Shown in pieces: positions 44,404 through 54,692 of a stretch of 64,000 nt of DNA. Each line of letters begins with the position of its first letter. Position 1 is the first letter of the stretch. Made by a program: the position numbers and the translations under genes. The notes under the pieces were generated by a model. That model was not told the DNA's origin and searched no databases. It saw only the letters and a list, made by a program, of their open reading frames with translations. Origin of the DNA: a virus (lineage: Duplodnaviria; Heunggongvirae; Uroviricota; Caudoviricetes); the IMG/VR virus record IMGVR_UViG_3300020045_006153, positions 179,550-243,549 of that record; one strand, given 5' to 3'.

Positions 44404-47400
44404 TTAAGCCTGTCCATAGTGATATTTATCCGGCAGCGCAGCAAGTCCTAAACTCAAGAATAATGCTTCAGAACTGGTACTAGCAACTAGCGATACTCCT
44501 GGTAGTTGCCAACGGCCGTCAGTTGATGTGCGTTTATTCAACACTCTAAGATGCTGCCCACTTTGTATTCCATCCTTTAAATTTAAAACTACAGCATTTG
44601 TAAGGGTATTAACGGTGTATTCTTTTTCTCTAAAATTCAATCCGTTGTAAACATATCCGTTTATAGCACGAGTTTCTAATGAATTTTGATATACCCAAAT
44701 ATGATTTGTCGCAGTTACAATATATGCCCTTGTTAAAATATTAGTAACAGGCAAATCAGCAGGAGTAGCAACTGCACCAGCAATTATTACAGCAGACGAA
44801 TCATATGCAATTGCAGGATCATGATATGAAGTATCTGTTTTGTTTAATAATCGTCCGGCGTAAAATACATCAATCTGATCAGCAGGATCTGTAAGTAAAG
44901 TAACTGACCCATATTGTTTAGGATCAGTTACAATATTAATAACGCCAGTAAAAGAATAAGAAGTTTGTGTGTTAACTGTAAGAGTGTTTAATACTTCAAA
45001 TACTTGTTGACCTTGAAAAATTGTTTGATCTCTCCCTTGATCCATTACTTCTGTTCCGATCGGATATGAATCGCGAGCGCCGGTTCCTAATGTTGCTCTA
45101 CGTAAACTACTCAATATATTTCCTGTTTTAACCATGTATTCGATTCGCTCACCTGCTACTGAAATTACACCAGCATATACACTACCAGCGATAGGCGTCG
45201 GTAATACAGATGCGTCGGCAACTGAAATAGTAGTCGACGTACTGTATAAAGTTGCAGTCAATGCTGTAGCATTTGCCTTTGCTAAACGCTTGTAATGTTC
45301 TCTTCCGAAAATATCTTTAAACATTTTAAAACCAAATATTGTTCCAGTATTATTTGTATCTACTGTAAACACACTAATGGCAACACTTTCTAATACTTCT
45401 CCCGGAATAACTTCTTCGGGTGCAGATTTTACATCAGGTGAAATAAAGTCGCTACCCGATAAAATAACATCTTCAGGATTAACTCCTAATGCTCCTGCAT
45501 TTTTCCCACCTGTAAATGATCCTCCTGTAATCACAGTGTCAATACTTCGCTCTGCTACAATTGCATGCAATACAGGAGCAATTGCAGTTAATGTAGATAT
45601 CACATTAATTAGTGGTGCTTTTGTATAACCACTTCCTGGATTAATAATTTTTACAGAAACAATAGTTCCTGAACTAACATATGCAAGGGCTTCTGCTGGT
45701 TCAACATCATCAGATAGGTCTGCTACAATTTGAATTTGAGGAGGAGAAGTATAGCCAGCTCCTCCAAATTCTACAACAATTCCTTCAACACCAAAAGTGT
45801 CTGGTCCAAAAAATTCTTGGCCAAACGGTTGCGCACCCCAGTTATTTGTATAATCAAATGGTAATGTTTGAATAGAAGTACCAGGAAAAGATAATCCATT
45901 CATTAATTGATCAGGGTCAATACCTGGCATACCAATTGTAGGTGTATAATAATCTTCAATTCTATCAACCGCATGATATACGTCATACCCTTTATTATAA
46001 GTAATTGACAGAATTTGGCCAGTCACTGGTGTAGTTACAAACACCACTTTAGAGTATTTTTTATGGTACCCGTTATACATTGCAGTATAATCAACAATAT
46101 TATACGCATCTGCTAATACAGTAATACCGTCTAATCGAATATCAATAGATAATTTATCATGCTTTGCTGGCCACGATAATGGATAATCCTTTGTATGAAA
46201 AGTACAAACAAAACTGTCAGTTATTCGTTGTTCTCCTATTTCTCTAACGCCGGTTATTCTGTCAAATTTCATTCCAATAGTAGTAGAACGAATAGTATCA
46301 TTAATAATATTAACATATCCAGTAGCAGTTATAGGCACAAGTACTGCATCAGTCGAAGTTGATGTAGAAAAACCACCAGTAAAAGTAATCGTAGGAGGAA
46401 CTATATATCCTGTCCCTGGATTTAATATTTCAATACTAGAAACTTTTCCTCCGGCGATATACGCTACTGCAACTGTACCTGTTCCATTATCTCCAGGCGC
46501 AGGTACAATAGTAACAATAGGCGGAGTTTGATAACCATGGCCGCCATCTTTAATAGTTACTGCACTAACTGATAATTTATAATTATCAGTCCATGATTTG
46601 CGAGGATAAGAATTTAATGCAATATTATCTAACTCAATAGGTACAAATTGATTAGTTTCAGTGTCATACATTGCAGGAAGATCAAAATCAGTTGAATACG
46701 TTTGTGTATTATCAATTACATCATAATCAATTTCAAACGTACGGATCTTTGTATGATACGGTTTAACTTCTTCAATGTAACTTTCATAATACGCACTATT
46801 TTGAAACTTATAAGAAGTGCGTTGATCTAACGCTCCTGCTTTATTACGAACTTTAATAAACGACGTTTTAAATGCCCAGTCTAAGAATAGTTGTTCAGAC
46901 ATTGCGTATTTGACTGCCTTAAAGAAGAATTTATTCCAGTATATTTTTAAAGGCCCTACAAAAATATCATTTTTAATAGCCAATAAAATATTAGAAAGTT
47001 CAATCTCAGGAGATTGATCAAATAATGTCTGATCAAAAGTATTTAGGTAATCCCAATTATATTTAGAATCAACCGTATTCCATAACACATCGCTAAATTT
47101 AATAGTACCTTTTTCACTATAAATTAGATTATAATTAGTAGAGTATGTACCAGATGATGCAACTTTTTCTAGTATAATATATCTGCCGTTTCCTTGATTT
47201 TTTACCTTAACATAATCACCTATCGAAAGTGATACAGTATCGAGCAAATAAGGTTCGTCGATTGTAGTAACTAAAGGAGTTAATGGATTAAAGGTCATTG
47301 CCCTCCAATCAACATAATCCCAATATAATGGTGTATCAAATTCCTGTGTATGAATTTTAACCCATTCATTAGAATCTAATTGATAAGTTGCCCATTTATT

Positions 47401-50400
47401 ATTACTGTTAATATCAACATTAACAATTGCAGTATACGGCCGTACAGTAATAGTCGGTGCAGAAATAAATTTTGAACCGCCATTAATAACAGTTGCAGAA
47501 ATAACCTCTCCGATCTCATTAATTTCAGTAGTTATAGAAACACCGGTTTCGTCACCAAGTACCACCGGAATAGGTGCAACTAGATATCCTGTTCCAGAAT
47601 CAATAATATTAATTGAACTAATTTTTCCATTTACTACATTACACGTAAGTTCAGCAGGTGTTATATTTGCTGTAGATATTGCGGTTAATCCTTCGATATT
47701 TTCAACTAAACTATCGTACATTCCTGCAGGTATTGATTCACTTAAATTTAATGTAGTAAAGTCTACAAAATCAGAAATAACATATTCAGTCGTACTTAAT
47801 ATAGTATTAACATAGTCTATTGCATTTCTTAATGCTCCTACTCGATCTTTAAACATCGACTGGTTAGGCCTAATACTTATTCCATATCTAATTCTAGAAG
47901 TTAACAACGGATCAGGTAATATATTTCCGCGACTATCTTTACCCAATAAACTATCTAATAATTTTTGTTCTAACATTGCAGTAGGCATACTTACTGCACT
48001 ATCTTCTTCTAATAATAACCATTCAGAGTGCTTGTTAGTATTAACTCCTGCGTTATCTTTAGAAATATTAATATTAATTTCGTTAAATCGCAACGTATCT
48101 TTTACGTTAGTAACTGTAATTGCATCAAGTGCTATAAAAGAAACATACTTAATTCCATAATTTGCAGGGTTATAAATCATACTCGACGTATCACTTGCTG
48201 ATAATTTTCTATCAGGATGGTTTGGTAATACTGTTGTATTTTTAACCCAAAAGTAATACACGTTTGTTGCAGCACCAGTAATAGTATTATAATATTGAGT
48301 AACACTAACAATTGAATCATCTATATACTTAGGAATACCACTAATTCCTTGAGCGGCACCGTCAATTGTGTCAGTCAATGCAGCCCATTGGCTAGGTAAA
48401 TATTCACTTTGCACCCATTCGTATACATCAATAGATGCTCCTGGAAATAATTTACCCCATGAATTCTTTCTATAAGTTAAATCTCCTTGTTCAGCCCATA
48501 TATATTTTACTGTAGATAAATCCCACCATAGTTGACCAACTTGGTTAGTTGACCAACTTGCTTCTAAGTCAACTACAACCGATGAAGTACCAACACTATA
48601 TGTTGCTGGATCAAATGCTGTTTTGTATCGAATCTCTCTATCTGCTAAACTAGGTATACGACCTTTAATAGGATCAAAAATATCTAAGTAATCTATTATT
48701 TGTTCAGAAATTGTATCAATTGTAATTGCTCTGTTGATTTTAGAAAGATCAACAGAGTCTACCTGTGTCCTATATTGTGCCCAACTATATACTCCTTTTT
48801 TATACACTGCCCATTTATTATTTGTGTTTTCATCAACCCAAATTAATTCACCAACAGTTAATGCTAATTGTGCAGATAATGTAGCAATGTCTGCATAGTT
48901 GTGAACACGAACGCTACTAAATTTATGCAACGTTGCAGTAGTAGTAGGAGGTATAATAATAGTAAGTGCAGTAGACACTACAAAATGAGTACTATCAATA
49001 ATCGAAAGAACTTTATATATTCCGTCTGTGTTATTTGTAAATCCAGTTATAGAAATAATATCATTAATCGATAACAAATGATTACTAGAAGTTTCAAAAG
49101 TAAGAGTTAGAAGAGATTGATCTAGTACACAGTTAGTAACTGTAGTTTGAAGTAATGAATACCGCAATACATCCCAATCGTTATTTTCTTTAAATCCTAC
49201 CCAAATAGTATCTCCTACAGTTAATGCAGTGTTGTCAACAATATTAAGAATACTATCTATATTATAAGCAGTAGCAGTAACATCGTCCAATCGAACATAC
49301 CCCGCAGTAGGTAATACTGACTTATCATCTAAGTAAGTTGAATATATAGGAGAAAAAATCGATGACGATACATAGTCACCTGGGATAATCATTTCAGAAG
49401 GTTCTATGTATGAAATAGTATCCATTGCAGACGGAACATAACTATCTACAAATTTAACAATTTGAGAATTTTCTCTAAAATCTAATTCTTTTAATGGTGC
49501 TTCTATTTCTTCGTACGAATTAAAATTACCAAATGACCCTACTCTAAATGCCCATTCTTCAGTAAATGAGATTTGTCCCTGTAAATTGTGAATGCTTGCT
49601 TTTGCAAGTTTATCAATTGCGTTACGTGTTCCTTTTTCACGAATAAACCCTTGATAGAATTTATATTGTGCAATAGGATTTACAAAAATATTATCAAGAT
49701 AAGTACGGGGAGTATATCCAATTAAATGCTGTGCCATTTTTTGTTGAGCAGCATCAAAATTGTCAATATCTAAACTATAAAAATCTTCAAACTGGTTAAT
49801 TTTATAATCAAAGTTCGGAAGTAATTGTGCAACTGGTTTATTACCTAATAAATTCCACTTAGTTGCATCAAATAATGTGCTACCAACAATGCTATTAATT
49901 GCCGAATAGTATTTCCCTGCATATTTTACAACTTCAGCGGCCTTATAATTAGTATATGCAGCCCAATCATTAACTTGTGCACTATCATAGATAAATCCCG
50001 GACTTAAAAATTCTCCATTCCATGACGAAGTTCTAAATCCAATCAATCTAATTCTGCTTTGTCGATATCCAGTTTCAATGTCATAAACTACATCGTTAAA
50101 CATACTTTTGTTTACAAGTATTAATGCATGCTCTTTTTGTACAAGATTTAATTTAGCAAAAAATAAACCTTCAGTAGTATTCTTTGTTGCAATAGTACAA
50201 ATACCATCAACTCTACTTAAATTAAAATTGTTTGCAGGAAACGGAGTCCCTGACGCACTTAATAAACTATAATCATAAAAACTAGAAAGCACGTTATCAA
50301 CTACTGCATTTGTAAATTTATATTTGATAGTATTTGCAAAAGGACTTAAGGTAATAACTGTGCCATTTGCCCAATTTTGAGTAGTCCAATATAAAAATTC

Positions 50401-53400
50401 TTTTCCAGTAAACTTCCAATCAAGAACTTGTGCAAGTTCTTGATTGTATTCGTCAAATATAAATCCCTGTTCTTCTAGCCAATATCCATATCCAACAATA
50501 AGATCATATACTTCTTGAATAGAGTTATATCTAGTGCCATACGGAACCATGACAGCAGTGTCAGCGTGCGTAATCGACGATAGTACCGAAGTTCCTCCTA
50601 TGATAGGCAATGTACTTAACTGTACAAAATTACCAGGTGTAAATGTTACGCCTGAAGTATGCCCATTTAATACCCTATAAAAACTAGAACCAAAATTAAC
50701 AATTTGACCTGTTTGATAAAATGACGATGCTTTCCATGTTAGATACGATTCAGTTTTGCCACCTACTGTTACGGCTCCGCCAGTTAATCTATGCACAGGT
50801 GCATATACCATAAAATAAGGAGCACTAGGATCATATCCCTTTACAATAAATTGCCCATTTTGCTTTTCTACAACAATACCAGATATAGGAATAGATTTAA
50901 CTGGATTACTAACGTTAAAAAATAATGAATAATCTTCGCTAGGTAATACTACTCCAGGGTTAACGGTCGACGGACTAACAGAATCAATAATAATTTCTAA
51001 TTTATCCTTACTAGCAAAGCCGGCCATTTTGTGAAACAAATTAAAGTTTGCGGCCTGCATATCTTGTTTTAATGTAGGCAAATATGATGCTGAACGAAAT
51101 TTACCGTGTTCAATAACCCATACACTGTATCCAGAAGCCAACACAACATTACCACTTGTATCAGTATCAGAAAATAAAGAAACAGTAGAAGGTGATAAAA
51201 ACACCTCATCTGGACCATAGTTATATTGACTAGTAATATCTTTCGATAACCTGCTAGGATCAAATAACATAGATGCGTAAGATGCAGGTTGTGTTAATGC
51301 TAAAATTGTTTGAACTGCAAATGGCCACAGCGAACTTCTGCGCCATGCTGCTTCAACAGGCCCAATATCCCCAAATGCCCAGTCTTGTTCAGTATCATTT
51401 ATACTGTCATTTAATTTTAAACCAGCCCATTCACGCACGTCAACAACGTTGCCGCTTTCGTCTACAGGGATAATTTGTGATAAATTAGGACGGACAAAAT
51501 TTAAATCAATACCTGCTCTGATTCCTTGACGGATAGTGCCAGATTCTAAATCATTCCATAATTCTAAATTGCCAGAAGTATACGGCGCTGGACCATACTG
51601 ATCATCCCACCAAATTGGTTTAATACTAAATCCAAGCATTTCCCAGGGATGAGTATTCGGACGGTCAGTGTCAAAGTAAAATTTATAAATGCTTCTCCAA
51701 CTACCTGGTAACAATTCGTTAAACATGTAATCAGTGGCTGATTTAAAATTATAAGTTTTATGATTAGTAACAGAATACGTATCGTTAACAATTGGATCTA
51801 ATCCGTATACACTAGTCCATTTTAAGAAATCACCTCTGATAAGATTAGAAATCTCTGAATAACTATAATTATTTTTTCTAAATAATCCAGGTGTTGCAGT
51901 ATGAACATTAACTAATTCACTATTATACGTTGCTTTAATGTTATTAAATACTCGAGTCTCATATTCTAATAATGCAAGATCAATGTAATTATTATCTTCA
52001 TTTATATCAGTAAACGCAATAGTTATAGATCCGTCATGCCCTTGTATAACTTTTTTAGGACCATTTGCAAAATTAGGATCAACATAGATAGAGGGTTCAT
52101 ACTTAGGATATAATCCTAATTTTGTAGGTGTCGGAGGAATATACGACCCAACAGTAGATATGTAATCTTTAATTACAACTGTATCGCCTCTAATTAATGG
52201 AGTTGAAATAGTAATACCTGCATCAAACAGATCAAATGTGTAATCTTTATCAAGCGTTAACAATCGATCGTTAAGGTACACTAAAATTGCACGATTACTT
52301 AATAAATTAGGATCATATATAGACGACAATGCATACGACTTGTTCCTTGGCTCAGACACAGTATACAAATGACTTGAATTATTATTTCCATATCCTGCCA
52401 TATCACTTAATGCATACGGGAAGGCTGAATTTTTAGTTAATATAATTGTTGCAAGTGCTGCGTCAACTATTTCAGCAGTAGTTAATTGATTATTTCCTTG
52501 AATAATAGTATTAATTAAATTATTTTTAAATTGATAATAATCAACACTAGTTTTCTTAATTGCAGAAATTACACTGTTTTCGGGATCAGTAATAAAATAA
52601 TGTGCAAACGATAAAGGATTTTGATTACTGATTAATCGAGTACCATATTTTGAAATGTTAGATAAACTATTTAAATTACTTGTGCCAGGAAATTCTCCAA
52701 TAAATTCCGGAGATCGATCGACCATAGATTTAACATGATCAGAAATTTCACTCAATGTAAATGTTAAAATTTTTCCATTTAATGGATTGTTTGTTAAATT
52801 CAAAGGAGTTTCATACGTCCCGTTACTGTTAGGTGTTGCAGAAGAAATACATTTTAATAATACCTTTGCTGCGGTAACTGTGCCATTTAACGGAGTATTA
52901 AATACAACAAATTTCTGTTTTTCAACTGTTATGATTTCATAATCAGCAGTTTCTGTTTTTTTAACATTATTAACAAATACTGATATTTCTAAATCCTCAA
53001 TTACTCCCGGATTATCAAAAATAGTTATTTCAATAGAACTAACAATATCAGTGATTGACTGAAATTGTAACACTGGAATATCATATACTTGCTCTACTTC
53101 CCAAATATTAACATATGCTGGTGAAGGGCCGTTTATTTTTAAATAAGCAGTATATGTCGGAATTATATCATACACAGTTGACCCTGCGTTTACTTCTGTA
53201 AAAGATCCACTATTAAAATAATTCGTAAACAAATAAGTGCCTTCAACTCCAACATTGTTATAGTTTAGCGGAAATCCCAATATCGAATCAGCAGTTCCTT
53301 CTCCTATTGAATATCCAAATATTGCATTTCCAATAAAATCAGTATTGTGATAAACAGTATCACTATAACTATGACCAAATTCATCATATAAATCAAATAA

Positions 53401-54681
53401 TGGAAATTGACTCAATGTGTCTTTTTGTTGAGCATAAACCCACTTAGATCCATTAAACCACCATTCTGATCCAAAGTAAGTTGTACCAAATCTAACAACC
53501 GCAGTCGCACCTGTTTCAATAGTTTCAACTTCTTCTAAATTAATAATAGACACTCCATCTACTTGTGCAATACGAACTTCGAATATTTTATTATTAATAA
53601 TAGGATCAGTGTCAGCACTAAAGATAACTCTAAATCCGTCTTCTAATAATACACCGTCAACATAATAACCTTGTACAGATTCGATAGTCGAAAATACATC
53701 AACAGTTAATGTATCAATTAAATCAACAGGTGCAATTCTAGTAGAACCAAAATTCCATAATTGCAAATTAGCATTAAATTCAATAATAGGACGCTTTGCT
53801 CTAGTATCTAGTGGATACACAGGAGTTGTTACACCATTAGCAGTTGCAGATAATGTAATAACATCTTTATGAAACCAGCGATTATATCGAGACCATGTAT
53901 TTTTATCAACGCTTGAACGATTAATAGTTACATATTCAGGATTAACTGGTATCTTTTTATAACTATCAAATGGCAATTGATCAAACGGATTAGAAGAAAA
54001 TGCATCAATTTCATAAGTAGACAATTTGTCAAATGTTTCTAAATCTACTTTAGGAATCAATTGAATACTGCTTCCTACTCCTTCTACATAATATTCAATA
54101 TTTGATCGAGAAGCCGGATATATATTTCCAATAAATCGAATTTTTAATCCATTGATGAGCGTTACTCCAGTAGGAGAAGTATAGGTTACTTTGCCCAATA
54201 CACTTGTTTCAATATCTAGTTCATTGGCGGCCGAAATAGTAATAGTATCTGGTCCATTCTTTAACCAAAAATATTCTCTAAAATTTACAAATTTATCCCA
54301 CGAAATATGCGGATTATAAGAATTAATTTTAGGTTTAAATAGTCTATCGATATTAGTTGTGTTAATTCCGTTATAACTTAATTGGTTAATTAAGTCATCT
54401 ATTCCGAATGCTTTTTTAATACTATTATCTAATTCTCTAATTACAAGGGCAGGTTCTAATTGATATTTCCCACGAAGAGGCAGGTTATCATCTATATAAG
54501 AATCACTTGGATTAAATGTTAATCCAAGTTTATTTCCTACAAATCCATCAATCCTTTCTAAAGAAGGTGCTTTAATTAATTGATCAATTGTACTAGATAA
54601 AAATTTTGAATTTTTATCTGTTCTAAAAAAAGTAGGTAATAAATTTACTGATGCTCTACTATTGTGTTTGTTGTTAGCCAT
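44404..54681 (-). CDS. Giant (3425 aa) baseplate wedge-like structural protein
   Basis: Uninterrupted ORF downstream of the gp6-like gene; repeated G.GY...P.I.I beta modules; two W.A...Y.....V.(Y/F).G..Y CBM-like motifs; EVKPYHTKIR. Confidence 0.8.
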   Translation of the reverse strand: MANNKHNSRASVNLLPTFFRTDKNSKFLSSTIDQLIKAPSLERIDGFVGNKLGLTFNPSDSYIDDNLPLRGKYQLEPALVIRELDNSIKKAFGIDDLINQLSYNGINTTNIDRLFKPKINSYNPHISWDKFVNFREYFWLKNGPDTITISAANELDIETSVLGKVTYTSPTGVTLINGLKIRFIGNIYPASRSNIEYYVEGVGSSIQLIPKVDLETFDKLSTYEIDAFSSNPFDQLPFDSYKKIPVNPEYVTINRSSVDKNTWSRYNRWFHKDVITLSATANGVTTPVYPLDTRAKRPIIEFNANLQLWNFGSTRIAPVDLIDTLTVDVFSTIESVQGYYVDGVLLEDGFRVIFSADTDPIINNKIFEVRIAQVDGVSIINLEEVETIETGATAVVRFGTTYFGSEWWFNGSKWVYAQQKDTLSQFPLFDLYDEFGHSYSDTVYHNTDFIGNAIFGYSIGEGTADSILGFPLNYNNVGVEGTYLFTNYFNSGSFTEVNAGSTVYDIIPTYTAYLKINGPSPAYVNIWEVEQVYDIPVLQFQSITDIVSSIEITIFDNPGVIEDLEISVFVNNVKKTETADYEIITVEKQKFVVFNTPLNGTVTAAKVLLKCISSATPNSNGTYETPLNLTNNPLNGKILTFTLSEISDHVKSMVDRSPEFIGEFPGTSNLNSLSNISKYGTRLISNQNPLSFAHYFITDPENSVISAIKKTSVDYYQFKNNLINTIIQGNNQLTTAEIVDAALATIILTKNSAFPYALSDMAGYGNNNSSHLYTVSEPRNKSYALSSIYDPNLLSNRAILVYLNDRLLTLDKDYTFDLFDAGITISTPLIRGDTVVIKDYISTVGSYIPPTPTKLGLYPKYEPSIYVDPNFANGPKKVIQGHDGSITIAFTDINEDNNYIDLALLEYETRVFNNIKATYNSELVNVHTATPGLFRKNNYSYSEISNLIRGDFLKWTSVYGLDPIVNDTYSVTNHKTYNFKSATDYMFNELLPGSWRSIYKFYFDTDRPNTHPWEMLGFSIKPIWWDDQYGPAPYTSGNLELWNDLESGTIRQGIRAGIDLNFVRPNLSQIIPVDESGNVVDVREWAGLKLNDSINDTEQDWAFGDIGPVEAAWRRSSLWPFAVQTILALTQPASYASMLFDPSRLSKDITSQYNYGPDEVFLSPSTVSLFSDTDTSGNVVLASGYSVWVIEHGKFRSASYLPTLKQDMQAANFNLFHKMAGFASKDKLEIIIDSVSPSTVNPGVVLPSEDYSLFFNVSNPVKSIPISGIVVEKQNGQFIVKGYDPSAPYFMVYAPVHRLTGGAVTVGGKTESYLTWKASSFYQTGQIVNFGSSFYRVLNGHTSGVTFTPGNFVQLSTLPIIGGTSVLSSITHADTAVMVPYGTRYNSIQEVYDLIVGYGYWLEEQGFIFDEYNQELAQVLDWKFTGKEFLYWTTQNWANGTVITLSPFANTIKYKFTNAVVDNVLSSFYDYSLLSASGTPFPANNFNLSRVDGICTIATKNTTEGLFFAKLNLVQKEHALILVNKSMFNDVVYDIETGYRQSRIRLIGFRTSSWNGEFLSPGFIYDSAQVNDWAAYTNYKAAEVVKYAGKYYSAINSIVGSTLFDATKWNLLGNKPVAQLLPNFDYKINQFEDFYSLDIDNFDAAQQKMAQHLIGYTPRTYLDNIFVNPIAQYKFYQGFIREKGTRNAIDKLAKASIHNLQGQISFTEEWAFRVGSFGNFNSYEEIEAPLKELDFRENSQIVKFVDSYVPSAMDTISYIEPSEMIIPGDYVSSSIFSPIYSTYLDDKSVLPTAGYVRLDDVTATAYNIDSILNIVDNTALTVGDTIWVGFKENNDWDVLRYSLLQTTVTNCVLDQSLLTLTFETSSNHLLSINDIISITGFTNNTDGIYKVLSIIDSTHFVVSTALTIIIPPTTTATLHKFSSVRVHNYADIATLSAQLALTVGELIWVDENTNNKWAVYKKGVYSWAQYRTQVDSVDLSKINRAITIDTISEQIIDYLDIFDPIKGRIPSLADREIRYKTAFDPATYSVGTSSVVVDLEASWSTNQVGQLWWDLSTVKYIWAEQGDLTYRKNSWGKLFPGASIDVYEWVQSEYLPSQWAALTDTIDGAAQGISGIPKYIDDSIVSVTQYYNTITGAATNVYYFWVKNTTVLPNHPDRKLSASDTSSMIYNPANYGIKYVSFIALDAITVTNVKDTLRFNEININISKDNAGVNTNKHSEWLLLEEDSAVSMPTAMLEQKLLDSLLGKDSRGNILPDPLLTSRIRYGISIRPNQSMFKDRVGALRNAIDYVNTILSTTEYVISDFVDFTTLNLSESIPAGMYDSLVENIEGLTAISTANITPAELTCNVVNGKISSINIIDSGTGYLVAPIPVVLGDETGVSITTEINEIGEVISATVINGGSKFISAPTITVRPYTAIVNVDINSNNKWATYQLDSNEWVKIHTQEFDTPLYWDYVDWRAMTFNPLTPLVTTIDEPYLLDTVSLSIGDYVKVKNQGNGRYIILEKVASSGTYSTNYNLIYSEKGTIKFSDVLWNTVDSKYNWDYLNTFDQTLFDQSPEIELSNILLAIKNDIFVGPLKIYWNKFFFKAVKYAMSEQLFLDWAFKTSFIKVRNKAGALDQRTSYKFQNSAYYESYIEEVKPYHTKIRTFEIDYDVIDNTQTYSTDFDLPAMYDTETNQFVPIELDNIALNSYPRKSWTDNYKLSVSAVTIKDGGHGYQTPPIVTIVPAPGDNGTGTVAVAYIAGGKVSSIEILNPGTGYIVPPTITFTGGFSTSTSTDAVLVPITATGYVNIINDTIRSTTIGMKFDRITGVREIGEQRITDSFVCTFHTKDYPLSWPAKHDKLSIDIRLDGITVLADAYNIVDYTAMYNGYHKKYSKVVFVTTPVTGQILSITYNKGYDVYHAVDRIEDYYTPTIGMPGIDPDQLMNGLSFPGTSIQTLPFDYTNNWGAQPFGQEFFGPDTFGVEGIVVEFGGAGYTSPPQIQIVADLSDDVEPAEALAYVSSGTIVSVKIINPGSGYTKAPLINVISTLTAIAPVLHAIVAERSIDTVITGGSFTGGKNAGALGVNPEDVILSGSDFISPDVKSAPEEVIPGEVLESVAISVFTVDTNNTGTIFGFKMFKDIFGREHYKRLAKANATALTATLYSTSTTISVADASVLPTPIAGSVYAGVISVAGERIEYMVKTGNILSSLRRATLGTGARDSYPIGTEVMDQGRDQTIFQGQQVFEVLNTLTVNTQTSYSFTGVINIVTDPKQYGSVTLLTDPADQIDVFYAGRLLNKTDTSYHDPAIAYDSSAVIIAGAVATPADLPVTNILTRAYIVTATNHIWVYQNSLETRAINGYVYNGLNFREKEYTVNTLTNAVVLNLKDGIQSGQHLRVLNKRTSTDGRWQLPGVSLVASTSSEALFLSLGLAALPDKYHYGQA

Positions 54682-54692
54682 TATAAAGTTCC

